A stretch of 64,000 bases of DNA. It comes from Asterias rubens. Its lineage: Eukaryota. This document shows positions 46,313-60,000 of the stretch, piece by piece (position 1 is the stretch's first letter; the number at the start of each line of letters is the position of its first letter). The notes beneath the pieces were generated by a model, which ran no database searches, was not told where the DNA came from, and saw only the letters and a list, made by a program, of their open reading frames with translations. Location of the stretch: assembly GCF_902459465.1 (NCBI RefSeq), contig NC_047064.1:13640001-13704000 (forward strand). Direction: 5' to 3'. Made by a program: the position numbers and the translations under genes.

Positions 46313-47277
46313 TTGCGCTATAGATGTGCTGTTGGATTATTATTTAATTAAATAACTAATTACTAAAGTTATGCTTTATTTTAACGGTAGTAAATACTTT
46401 CTGCAGGTCGACATAAGGATAGTTATTGGACTGAGATAAATATGTATTTACATTTTTTTGATTGACATACTCAATACACGTAGGTGCAGAAAGTTCAAGA
46501 TTAATGGTTAACATGCCTCATCTATGTTAAAGACACTGGACACTATTGGCAATTGTCAAAGACCAGTCTTCTCACTTGGTGTATCTCAACACATGCAGAA
46601 AATAACAAATTTTAAACTAACTGAGCTCAGTTGGTCGTCGAAGTTGCGAGAGAACAATGGAAGGAAAAACACGCTCGTTGCACAACTTGTGTGCTTTCAG
46701 ATGCTTGATTTCGAGGCCTCGAAATCTATCTCTGAAGTCTCGAAATTAAAATATAATATTTTAGTTAGAAGTTTACACGGTAAGTTGTTTAATAATGCAT
46801 TGGATTTGACAATAAAGAACTAATATGTAACATGACTTGCGTTGCATTCGACTGGCTGATCTTTTTGTTTGTGTATATTTAATACAATTATGCTTTTGCC
46901 CGTTTATTGTTAACTTTTGTTTTCTTAACTATGATTTTAAGTGAGTGTATTAGATGCTTACTTTTATCAGTTTATTGTTTATTTCAAATGTCTGTTTACT
47001 TTTTAAACTTGAATGGTGTCAGCATTTTTGTCCTTGTTATAATTTAAATGAAGTAAACATTAATAATATTATTGATGATCCACCGACGGTAAAGAATGCT
47101 TGCATATTATGCCATACCAGCACCCAGGAAACTTTGTTACCAACTTATTATCATATATCTTTTGAGAACTATCGAACCGAATTCCACAAGCAGCGGTGTC
47201 GTATTCTTGCTCACGCGAAGCTTTACTCCTACAAATGACGTCACACAATAATCAGGGACAAAACAAAGGATGCGTTC

Positions 47278-47460
47278 GTTTATCGCATATATATTGCAAA
47301 TTATCGCACATATATTGCAAATTATCGCACATATATTACAATTTATTGCATATATATTACATTTATTGCATACATCAAATGAATATCGCACATATGTGAC
47401 AATTATCGCATATATATGAGAAACATCGCACATACATTGTACATTATCGAATATTGCAAC
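47278..47460. repeat. 21-bp minisatellite upstream of paralog E
   Basis: About 8 degenerate units of tatcgcacatatattgcaaat. Confidence 0.8.
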
Positions 47461-47622
47461 GTTTGACACGCCATACTGGGTCGACTCTTTACAGCGTGTA
47501 TTGTTTAAGGCATTGGGTCGACCCGCTGGTTTAGGCACGGGAACGGAATACCACTTTCGTGGTCGTCAGCGCCGTTCACTTTGCATGTGGTCCTGCTCGG
47601 TTGTTGCGCTGGAGTTTCGAAC

Positions 47623-50600
47623 ATGGCTGTTTCATGGAATTTTCGCTGCCTAGTGTTGGGATGTATCTCTGGAGTTGTCACGTCATATGCTGCCAACTTC
47701 TCCTGGAATTTGGGCGATGAGCAATTTATGTTTAAACTTGTGACAGGTGAGACAAGTGTAGGTAGAAGGTACCGCTAGGTGGGTGTAATCAAATCGCACG
47801 TTGTAGTCATATATGCCAGTCCCGTACATAGAGTTACAAATAGCCTCTAGTATAGCAATAAACTCACAATGTATTTTCGTTGATTATCATTTGGTCATTT
47901 ATTGTCGGTTTTTTTTTTTGCATTTATGGTTCACTTGCCGGTAAAGCCTTCATTATGTTTTATTCTGATCATGTATCCATTTCTGTTTTAGTTTTATCCC
48001 AAACTTCATAGACTTTGGGCACAATATTTTCTAGTGGCAATAAACAAACCCTGAGGTATTGATCAAACTTGGCACACATTTAGTGTTTTGTCTCGACGAG
48101 TAAATAACATGTGTCACTGATCTCACATTGGGCATTGAAAAAAATAATGAAAGAAAAACACCCTTGTTGGTATTCAGATGCATATTAAGGAACACGTTGC
48201 CTTGGTCGGTTGAGTTGGTCTATATAAAAAGCATTTGAAACCGTTTGTTATGAAATGCATATGGTTTAGAAAGATGTTTACAAAGTAGAAAATAATTATC
48301 CACACAAGTATCACTCAAAATTGCACGGTTTTCATTATACGTCGCGAACTAACACGGTCGGCCATTTATGGGAGTCAAAAATTTGACTCCCATAATCGGC
48401 CGATCGTGTTCCTGGACGAGGTAAAAAGAAAACCAAGCAATTTCGAGGGATATTTGTGTAGATCATTGTATTCTACTTTTACAACATCTTTCTAACCATA
48501 CCGATTTTATAAAAAACTGTTACAGGACGCTTTTCAAGGACCAACTCGACCGATCCAAGGCAACTTGTTTCTTTAAAAGACTATGGCTGAAGTTTTACTT
48601 GAGTGATAAATTACTTCTTTCTCTAAAACTACGTTACCTCAGATGGAGCCGTTTCTCACAATGTTTTATACTATCAACCTCTCCCCACTACTCGTTACCG
48701 AGTAAGGTTTTATGTTAATAATTATTTTGAGTAATTACAAATAGTGTCCATTGTATATCTACGAGTTTGATTGAGTTGATATCCATATGTATACTGTCTC
48801 ATAGCCATATTTTAGTACAAGGCACAAAATAGAAATTCTGGAAATTACTATGGTCTGACACCGTAGTGCTCCATTATTGTTAATATTGGTCGAAGATGTA
48901 AGTGGGAAAAAAGTTATCAGGGGTTATTTTAAGGTAAGAGGAATCATCAAAATTAGCATGAGATTCGTCGGCCCACCATATCCTATCATTATTATGATCA
49001 TGGAAAGGGACGGGTTATTTGTGAATTTTGATATGAGGTCACGATGATGTAATTTAGTTTGTTAAATGTGTTTGTTTCCAAGGTGTTATTGCTATAGTCA
49101 GTGGGATTGTCACCATTGTCGCGTTACATATCTCGACACTACGATGTTCAGAGACCCACTCCCTGGCCACTCTCCTCCAACAGTATCTTCGGATGAAGCT
49201 GGTCGATCTTGCCTCTATGTTTATCTTATCCAAGATGACGAGAATCTGGAAGAACCCGATGAGGCACCAGGAGATGTTGCTAAAGAAGCTGCTCGCCCGT
49301 GATGCGAAGACGGAGTACGGCAGGAGACATGGCTTCAGCGACATCAAATCTCTTCAAGAGTTTCGTGAGAAGCATCCACTCACTAAGTATGAGCACTATC
49401 GAGATTACTTCACCAGGCTGGCAGACGGGGAAAAGAACGTCTGCGTTGCGGAAGAAATTCATAGGTTTGGCACAACGTCTGGCACAACAGGAAAGAGCAA
49501 GGTTATCCCGTCAAAGGCACTCAGTGGAGTTTCTAACTTTGTATCCTTTCCAAGGCGATTAACCAAAATAAGCCCAGTGCAGAAGTCTGCAATACTGTAC
49601 TGCAAACCAGCTATGAAGTTTACGGCAACAGGTTTGCCTATTGTGCCTTTCTTCTTCACGTCTGAAGACGATAGAAGATTCACGAACGTGACTGTGAATT
49701 CGCCATTCAGCGCCTTCCAAATTATCACAGATTTCGAAGCCACCTATGTCCACATGCTATTTGCCCTGACGGACAAGAACATTTTCCAGTTGGTAGCCGC
49801 GTTTGCCTCGCAAGTCTACAGAGGATTGAAAATGCTGGAAGACGAGCAGGAGATGTTTTTAGAGGATCTGACTCTAGGAAGGGTTAACCCGAAGATACAA
49901 CTCGATGAGGGAATTCGACGGTCTCTGGACGCAGCTTTGACGGCAGACCCAGCGCGAGCAGACGAACTGAGGAGGGAGTTTGCTAAAGGCTTCGTGGGCA
50001 TCGTGGGTAGAATCTGGCCTCATCTCGAGTTCATATCCGCAATCGAAATTTCTGGGTACTTGAGAAAAATTGAAGCAAGATATGCCAAAGGTAAAATTCA
50101 ATTGTTTATGAAACCTTTTACTAGAAGCCGAGAATCCCCCCAAAACAATTTTCAAACAACTTACACCTAGTTTGTTTGGGGCGTGGCCTGGCGGGATGAA
50201 CAACGTGGCTCTTTGTGACAAAACAAGCAACACGGTCGCCGACAAAACGGAAACAAAAGTCGCCCTTTACAAATGTGACCCACTCTGTGAAAATGAGTCA
50301 GATGTCGCCCATATGCTTTATTGTGTAATGGACAGTTTAATGTGGAAAATATAAAAAAATATATATGTCTATATTTTTTGTTGGTACTTTTTAATAAATA
50401 AATAATTAAACCAGCTCTTATGTAGCGCAATTAAAAAAAGATGATATTTGCATGGTTAACCTTTAGCACACTTACTGTTAGGCAATAAAGCTATGAATAC
50501 AACCATTTTGTGATCATACTTTAGTCTTCTTTGTACCCTTTTGCGCGAAATGGTAGTTTAAAACATCACTGTACTTGTATCCCGTTTTTGACTAAAATGA

Positions 50601-53600
50601 TATACTGGCTAATTTCAAATGGGAGTAACTCAGCAACGCGATACACCCAAAGCTTAGACATAATACCAAATAAATGCTTCTGGTGTGGTCTTTCCAGCCA
50701 TTCATACAACTCAATTTTTTAAAATTGTCAACATCTGACTCATTTTCACAGAGCTGGTCACAAATGTTATCATATGTTGTTTCAAATTCGCAGTCTTCAA
50801 ATAACTCAACACTAAATGTTTCTTCCACAAAATATGAATGGTTTAGAAGCAGGAAAAGCACCAGACCAATTATCCACACATTGGTTTGATTTGCTGCATA
50901 TTGCGCCACAGGACCTTGTAAACCATTACATGGTGCTATGTAAAAGGAGTATGTCTCATAATTCCAACGTAGTCCCACATACCTTGCAGGAAGATACTGT
51001 GTATCTAAGCCATTGGACACTCTCTAAACAGAACAACAATTAAAAGTTCACAGAATAACATATAACTTACATGGTTTACAGAAGGTAATGGTGAAAGGTT
51101 TCCCTTGAAATATTATTCCATAAAATGCTTTACTCTTTTAGAAAACATTAAAACAATTATCAATTCTCGATATCGAGAATAACGGATTTATTTTAAACAC
51201 ATGTCATGACAAGGCGAAACGCGCGGAAACAAGAGTGGGTTTTCTCGTTATTTTCTCCCGACTGCGATGACCGATTGAGTCTGAATTTTCACAGGGTTGT
51301 TTTTTTTATAAATGAGTTGTGATACACGAAGTGTGAGCCTTTGTACAATACTGCTTACCGATGTTGTGCGATTGCTTTAAAGCGCAATGAGCGTCACTGA
51401 GTGATGGATATGCGCGATAAAGAAGCCACGATTACTTAGTGTTAGATGTAGAGATACGAGACCTGTCAGAATGATCAAAATAAAATAATTTTTTTTATTA
51501 TTTTCCATTTTGTTTTCCTTCGAAGGTACCAGGTTTTTCACCATAGCCTATGGCAGCACAGAAGGAATAACTGCATATAATTATTTTCTGAACAAGAAAC
51601 CGCCACAGTATGTACTGCTTCCTGACCAAATGGTGGTTGAATTTATCCCCGAACATCTCAGGTATACAATTATTGTATTAATCATAATAACAAAATCATG
51701 CAAACCTCTTCACTTATTTTTGGAGCCAATAACATCCCTTTAATCTTTCTCAGCTCCCATTAGGGAGTATACAGCCCCGAGCTGCCGTGGCGCTCCGGAG
51801 GCTTTTTCATTCACAATGTCAACCTCTACCCTTGCAGGTATGGTGACTTGTAGGCCTTGACGACTAGTATGACTAGTATGAGTTTACTACTCGACAAGTC
51901 GCGCCCGCACAATTAATAGTCGCGACTTCCGACATTTAAGCACAATTGAAGTAAAAGTATGTGTCACTGATGTCTGAATGTGAATAGTCGAGAGCGACAC
52001 AATTAATTCACTAAACAGGTAGTCACGACTATTGTTTTAGTAGTCGTGGCGGCGAATTTAGTCGAGCAGTTGAAAAGGATAGTCGTGACTCGACTAAGCA
52101 ATTAATAGTAGCGACTACTACACTAGATGGCACAGAAGATGTTTTTATAACCCGGAAGAAATAATAAACAACCATTGGCCATTGAGTATTGCGTAGTATA
52201 TAACCCTTTCAGGCAGAACTAACAATGAAATCTTTTCTCATCAGTGGCGAAGAGAATCCAGATACGCTCTTAATGGACGAGGTCGAGGTTGGCAAACGGT
52301 ATGAGATCGTTCTCACCACCACATTGGGATTATACCGGTACCGCCTTGGGGACGTGATTGAAATAGTCGGGTTCCATGAGAGGTGCCCCGTGATTGCCAT
52401 GAGATATCGGTAAGTGCAAATGGGGGTCGTAATCCAAGAGCGTTGTTTAAAAACCTCCGCTGCCCAGCCGGTCTGCAGCAAGTAGACCGTATAATATAAC
52501 TTGTTCATTTTCCTGCAAAAATCTGTGGAAACCCTATAAGTTTTATCCTCACATCGGCATAGCACATGCCCCCCTTTACAGACAGTATGACCAATGGACT
52601 CCGAATATCCAGTTAGAAAACACTATGTACATCTATGATTTGTGCACAAAAATACTGCAGTCTTACAATTGTGAGAGGTTAGAGTGTGCACCATGGTTAA
52701 CTAAAGGTTGACAATAAATTTGACTAAAACCCGGCTAGTCGACCGCTGGTTAACAACCGTGGAACACCGTTTGAACACTGGTCCCAATAGCCTGTTATAT
52801 TTGAACACGTGTAAAGCGCAGAGAACCATGGTGACGCTTAAATACCGTGGTACCGACGGTTGAATGACTAGGCTTTCAATCAAGTCGTTCGAGTGAGTGC
52901 GTCACTGCGCGACTAAAATGTGCCCACTCAAACATGCTACATATATTGCTCTCCCTTGTGTTTTATTACATGACAATTTAATATATTCATTAATAGCTGA
53001 TTGTGTAAAGGATTGAGTGAGTTTTTTTCCCCGTTAATTTCCGTATAGTGAATACAAGTACAAATACACATCTTTGTTGGATCGTGTTGGTGGTTTGAGT
53101 CTAAATGTTGTTCTTTCATGCTAAAAAATTACTCCATTGAATACAGAACTGGTGAGTTACTCAATCTACGCAGTGAAAAGATCGATGTGCTGGTGGTTAA
53201 CAACGCCGTCCAGGACTTACTGGCAGGACTGAAAGAGACGAGTCTAATCGAATGGACATGCGCAGAGAGTACACTTATGTATGATGATGGTAAGTGTTTA
53301 TTTATAAAACTGATCTTCAGTAATGGGTTCGTTTAGCTTCCCTGGGTCTACCCCGCGGTGCTCACTCGGGTGAGTCCCTGACAAGAGCTAAACGAACGAC
53401 CACTCACCGCTCTCGTAGTGACGTCGTTTACCTGGGGCCAGCCCCCAAGTGACCCACTCCAGAAGCAGGGCACTGGGTGAGCCCCTGTAATGACGTCAAA
53501 AGCTATTCGAACGCACCGGGGCGGACCAGGGATGACACAGGGAAGCTAAACGAACCCATTAATTAACCCCTTGCATATAATGACGTCACACTCTCAAAAA

Positions 53601-55082
53601 GCACCATCACAAGAGGAGGTACATCATTAGACTGGGCCCTGTCTTTAACCGCATATCTAAAGACACGTACTTGCTTTTCAGAACCAGTGAGTTCATTGGG
53701 TACAATTCATTTCATAAGACAGCTTTCTATATCTGTGTTTTGATTGGTCACAGGTGACGTTTGGCAGCTGCACTTGCAGTCGTCTGCATATGAATCTATG
53801 TGAAAGGTGAACATGGACTGGGGTTTACTTAAATGTTAGAGGCCACTATCTGGCGTTATTCACGAGCCTCAAAATATGAGGTCAGATGTTCAGGTTAGCC
53901 CATCATCGTACGATACCGTTGTTTGTGCGAATACAAGATCGCGAATGCGAGGCGAATTTTAGTGACAGTAGCAATATATTTAAGTATGTAAAACTTGTTT
54001 CTTTCGGCTTTAAGATTGTGAGTATGACATGTTTTACACGCTGTTTGTGGAGCTAGAATCTAAGAGCAAGATCCACTTATCTGCCGAGCAGAAGTCACTG
54101 GTAAGTGATTACAGATAATGTTGAACTTAGAACCGCGAAAATACAATATATCTCCCCATCCCCACAGCTTCCATACCTTTTCTTGTGTTAAACATTATGA
54201 GGTAATTACTCACAAAAAAGTTTGCATAAAACCTTTCTTGATTAAGAGTAATGGGGAGAGGTTGACGTTATAAAACATTGTGAGAAACGGCTCCCTCTGA
54301 AGTATATAGTTTTCGAGAAAGCAGTAATTTTCCACGAATTTAATTTCAAGACCTCAGATTCAGAATTTGAAGTCTATGTTTTTTTTCTTTCATTAATATC
54401 TCGCAACTTCGACGACTGATGGAGCTCAAATTGTCGCAGGTTTGTTATGTTATTCATACGTTAAAATACACCTGTGAAGACTAGTCTTTGACAAATACCA
54501 GTAGTGTCCAGTGTCTTTAATATTGACATACTTCATTCAAGAAATCAAGAGTGCAGGAAATTATTAAAACCAAAGAGGTGGAGATGGGCAGGTAACCTAC
54601 AGCAAGGAGGAGGCATGACAACAGCTGGATAAGAAAAAAGAGGGAGACCAAACAGAAGATGAAGAAAAGGGCATTGCTTGGCAACATACAGGGTAGGATA
54701 GAGTGAAATGAGAATTGGTGAACAGGCTTTCCTCCTGCAGTAGAGTGAAACACAGGCTAGACAGGACAGGACTTCTTTTAAACTACGGCCACCCCTATTA
54801 AAGCGATATTGTTTTCATCAGTAAAGAATCGGTTTTTAAAAACTTTTTTTTAATTTTCAGTTCGATAAATCTCTGCGGAAACAGCATGAGTTCTACGAGC
54901 ACTATCGTCACATCGGCACAATATGCGAGGCTCGCATATTAGTCGTTCGCTCCGGATCTTTCCACAGACTGCAGGAGTTTATAATGGCGACCTCTACGGC
55001 CAGCTATAACCAGTTCAAGATGCCGAAGAAGTTGCGAACCAAGAAGATGGTGGATTTCATGTTAACAAATGTTGATGAATAA
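47623..55082 (+). CDS. GHDC: GH3 domain-containing protein, paralog E (627 aa, 7 coding exons, divergent)
   Basis: Exons 47623-47746, 49083-50090, 51526-51661, 52245-52409, 53147-53289, 54015-54100, 54861-55082. GT-AG, open frame of 1884 nt. Motifs FGTTSGTTGKSK, IAYGSTEG, GLYRYRLGD, NQFKMPKK. Confidence 0.9.
48185..48576. mobile_element. Foldback MITE family K2 (full length)
   Basis: ttaaggaacacgttgccttgg...ccaaggcaacttgtttctttaa. Central palindrome atgggagtcaaaaatttgactcccat. Confidence 0.85.
51008..51380. mobile_element. Kolobok-like element family K4, uninterrupted
   Basis: Ends accgatgttgtgcgattgctttaa; reverse match to 38661-39382 without the K1 insert. Confidence 0.7.
53325..53557. 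mobile_element. MITE family H in intron 5 of paralog E
   Basis: at|gggttcgtttagcttccctggg...gggaagctaaacgaaccc|at. Confidence 0.8.
54200..54520. mobile_element. Kolobok-like MITE, family K1
   Basis: K1 core, right end gtagtgtccagtgtctttaa. Confidence 0.75.
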
Positions 55083-57047
55083 AATAGCATTTTAAACATT
55101 TTAATGTGTACGCACGCGCACAAGCCAAAATTCAAAAGGAAGCTTCATATCATCATTATCTTTTAACTTGCGTTTTGGGTTATAAAAGATATTTAAAGGT
55201 TGACGAAAGAAGCGAAGTGTTTTTTTGTGGGGCAGTAGAGGATGAGATTGGGAAAACAAAGTTAATTTCTACATGCGATAGCTGCTGCTGTAATATAAAC
55301 AGCGGACTGTTACAATACAGATGTAACGCCCTTGAGAAAACGAAATCCAGAAATGTATTTGTTTTTTTGTGACCTTTGTTCAAGTATGATGGGGAGGTAC
55401 ACGGTTGGTAATCACTCTTATGGCAGTAAAACTAACTTGGTAAGATTTACAGCAACTTTCGAAATAAGTATAGAGCATTTTGAGAATAATTTAATTCCAC
55501 AATAATGTAGTTATGGAACAATTATAGTTTTTAACCCACAATTTTTTAATATGGAAAACGTTTCTGTCAGATACGTTTCTCAATTGTGTGTTCCAACACT
55601 ATGGCATAATCTTCTTGCGTGGACAAACCGCGGCGATATTTAAAAAAACAACCAACTTTTTGGATTTTTGTCTTAAATAAATCAAAGGTTGCTTTAAACG
55701 GCTTGTAAAGCAAACAATAGTACGACAATTTTAATGAAGAGCTCATATGACCCGTACTTGTTTATTGTTGCACCATTCTCGAAAAAGTCATATGACTGTG
55801 TAAAGTCCAAAGTGAACAAGTAGCCTATATAGTTATCTTTCCGACCGCTGTCTAACCCCTGCTTTCCAAATAAAACTTGTTTAAAACTATCGATCAGCAG
55901 TGTCTTTGCTGTCATGAGTCACGGATTCTATATCACCCTGGATAATCCTAGGTTTGTTTAAAGTATTATTATGGACAATTCTCTTACTTTAAAATAGAAC
56001 ATGTTGAGGTTTTTGCGTCAAGCATTCAGAAAACTTCATGGGCCTCCGTGCAATTAGCCTTGATTTTTGTAACATCCATTGACAAGACAAAAAGGAAAAG
56101 TATGCCACAGTGGTACAACCCGCCGTTCAAACGCACAATTAACATTATAATTACAGAATCATTTAAGATTTTAAGAATTGGGTTGATAAGTTTTTGAGTG
56201 TCAGTGATTAGACTCACTTTTGCTAATCCTGGTCGACATAGAATGGGCTTTGGGATTGTCTTGTCTGATTTCATAGTTGTTGTATTACTGTTGCCATGTC
56301 AATATCAGTTTTCCGTTTTTAGTTATTGTTCTGGGGGGTCAAACGACTTTAAAAGTATTATGTTGTTTCTTGTATACCCTTGTTTCCTTTTCTGAAGACA
56401 TTGTCTTTGAGGTACGAGGGGTCGATTTCACAAGGATGGAGGTCCTAAACTTTAAATTAAGGACTAGCTCTATGGAACCCCTTAAGAGTTATTAAAAACA
56501 TAAGGCTCCTAAGTCAGAACGAGCAACTCGTCCCACATCGAGATAAGACTATAGTGGGGTAGCATTGTACAATTAACTGCCCCGTAGTAGTGATATGGGC
56601 AAACACACCTGTAATCAAGGACATCATGTTTACCCACTTTTGTTTGTACTCATTCTCCAGGGATCCCTATTGTTCTCTTTTGAGGCCACCAGTCTGAATG
56701 GATTGGTAGGTAAACATTCTTTGGTAACATTAAACTGGTTACTTAAAAGTGAATAATCAATGTTTGTTTTTATGAAAGAGGGATCTCAAAAGAGGGACAA
56801 TACTAGGTCCTCGATTGCAGAAAACCCACCCGTTATCTTTGACTTATAACACAGAAGCTTGACGTTTAGCTTTTAAAATGGCCAACTCCCTTATCTTTGC
56901 CGATTACTGTTTACACTGTGGCAAGAATGGAGTCAAAATGCAACGTTCACAAGTACCATTCGACTATTACACAGTTCTTTCATATCAGTTCATATTCGAC
57001 GTAGAGAGAAGTGCGACACCAATATCTTTTTTTTTTCAGAAATCAAG

Positions 57048-60000
57048 ATGGCGATAACTTGGGGAGTACGGTTTTTGGTGTGGGGATTTATCTCGGCGTT
57101 TCTCTCTACGATTACTGTAAAGTACTGCCTGACCAGTGAAGCATCAACTCTTCTGAAAGGACTTGCAGGTAAGGCTAAATGTAGGCTATAACCATACCAG
57201 ACTAGTCCAGGGCCCAATTTCATAAAGCTGCTTAAGCACAATATTTTGCTTAAGCAAAAAAAATCCTTGCTCAGTAAAATCAGATTACCGGCCAAGACTC
57301 CACTCAATTGTATGCTAAGTAAACAACAGCTAAATACCAGTCACAAGCAATGTTTAATATGTGTCATGACATTTTTGCCAGTAACATGTGCACAATAAGT
57401 GAGCTATATTTTGCTTAAGCAGCTCTATGAAATTGGCCCCTGGCCTTTATTACTTTGTCAATGGTCATTAAAGGCAGTGGACACTATTGGTAGTTACTCA
57501 AAATAATTATTAGTATAAAACCTTACTTGGTGTCGAGTAATGGGGAGAGGTTGTTGGCAAATAACATTGTGAGAAACGGCTCCCTCTGAAGTGCAAAAGT
57601 TTTCGAGAAAGAAGTAATTTTCCACGAATTTGATTTCAAGACCTCAGATTTAGAACTTGAGGTCTTGAATATCAACCATCTAAACGCACACAACTTCGTT
57701 TGACAAGGGTGTCCTTTTTCCTTCATTTATCTCGCAAGTTCGATGACAGTTTGAGCTCAAATTTTCACAGGTTTGTTATTTTATGCATATGTTGAGATAC
57801 GCCAACAGCGAAGGCTAGTCTTTGACAATTACCAATAGTGTCCACTGCCTTTAACTCGTTGTATAACTTGGTCTATAACGCGGACACTAACCTTGTATCC
57901 TCGGTCATATTAAGACAGTTCTCTAACCATATTGGTCTCTTACTCGGCTAACAACACGATTTCTAATTCGGTCAATATAGGCCATCCTAACCCGTGCTCT
58001 TACTTTGTCTTTTATTCGGTCACTAATCTTATCTGTAACTCGGTCACCTACCCGGTCACTTTGTAAAGCAATTTGACACTTTCCTGTCTAACTCGGTCAC
58101 TTACCCGGTCTTCCCGTCGGTCTCTAACTTGGTCTTTAACTCCGTTACTAGGTCTCTAACTCGGTCTATTAAATATTAAACTGGGACTCATTCAATCTCT
58201 TACCCCCCCCCCTATCTCATAAACTAACACAATTTATTTGGATGCCGATTTCAGGGGTTTTTGCCGTTGTCATCATCCTGTCGACCGTGGTGGCTCTCCA
58301 TATTTCGACTCTTCAGTGTTCTGAAAGCCATACACTGAAAACCCTACTACTGCAGTATTTCATGGTGAAACAAATTGATTTCTTCGTTCCGTTTCTCCTC
58401 TATAAGATGACGAAAGCCTGGAAGAATCCCATGCAGGCGCAAGAGAAGCTTCTTCTGAAGCTGCTTGCCCGTGATGCGAAGACGGAGTACGGCATGACAC
58501 ACGGCTTCAGCGACATCAAATCTCTTCAAGAGTTCCGTGAGAAGCATCCACTCACTAAGTATGATCATTATCGAGATTACTTCACTAGGCTGGCGGACGG
58601 GGAAAAGAACGTCTGCCTGGCGGCAGATATTTACCGATTTGGAACTTCGTCTGGTACAACTGGAAAGGGCAAGCTCATTCCCATGGTGTTATCGTCAATA
58701 TCAGGCAGCTTGATTTTTTCAGTCATGAGAATTGTCAATCCGCCCAGTCCTGTCCGGAAATTGGCCTTGTTGTATTGTAAGCCTACTCCACAGAAGACCA
58801 AAACAGGAATTGACATTGCACCTGCATTTTTTATGCCAGACTATGCAAAATTCTACACGGATATGTTTCAGAATACACCGTTTTGTGCATTTCAAATTTC
58901 CACCGATTTCGAAGCCACCTATGTCCACATGCTATTTGCCCTGACGGACAAGAACATTTTTCAATTTCTCGCTCCGTTTGCCTCGCAAGTCTACAGAGCA
59001 TTCGCGATGCTTGAAGAAGAACAGGGGATGTTCCTAGAGGATCTGACTCTAGGAAGAGTTAACCCGAAGATACAACTCGATGAGGGAATTCGACGGTCTC
59101 TGGACGCAGCTTTGACGGCAGACCCAGCTCGAGCAGATGAACTGAGGAGGGAGTTTGCTAAAGGCTTCGTTGGCATCGTGGGTAGAATCTGGCCTCATCT
59201 CCATTATGTCCTGACTGCCGACATTTCAAACTTTTTTAAGAAACTTGACGCCAAATACACAAAAGGTAAGGAGTATAATATAGAACAGTTTAAATCCCAA
59301 ATGTCCTTCGGGATGGGACGTTAAGTCGTAGGTCCCGTGTGTTGTGTGATGTGCATACACTTATCGTTCGGATAAGGGTTTCGCTGCGGTGCTTTCTGGT
59401 ATGATTGGCTGCAGATTGCAAAACTGCACTTGTGTAAATCATTACATTGTGCTGTGTAAAATAACCTTATAGCTCTTATACTGAGATCATAGCCCCGCAT
59501 GCGTACAGACTGAGTATAAATATTTCTGTTTATGGCACCTTTTGTAGATCAGGTTTTTGACCGTGACTTAAATCCCTACTATCTGTGAATGAAGGTTTAT
59601 GTGATAAAAAAAAGTGAAATTATCAGATTAATGTTTTCAAGGCGCGTGTATAGGCTATCCGATGTAAACGCTAAAAATAATGTCGTCACTCTGAGACGTA
59701 GACATGAATAATTTTTTGCGAAATTGTTTTCCTTATTTCTTAACAACTACAGCTGCTTGTAACAAGTAGAAGGGGCGTGGTCGTGTCAGTTGCGCGTTGA
59801 TTCTCCGCTGTGCCACGAGGGTTTTCCAGACCGTGTGGTTTTTCTCCCTCGGGAAAAATCAAACACTCTTGATCTCTGGCTGTGCTCCGTGGTCATAATG
59901 GGTTGATGTGGCTGGCAGCCAGAGGCGCCCTTGCATGCCTGCTTCTCAAACACGTTGTAGCCGCGTCCTTCGCAATTTAGCTCTTATATGCTTGTGATGA

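Noticed and set aside
9285-59176. Recurrent antisense ORFs (MPTKPFANSLLSSSARAGSAVKAASRD..., MIILSEWMLLTELLKRFDVAEA...) in every paralog
   Set aside because: These are shadow frames of the homogenised exon 2 blocks. They are short, have variable starts and stops, and show no independent features.
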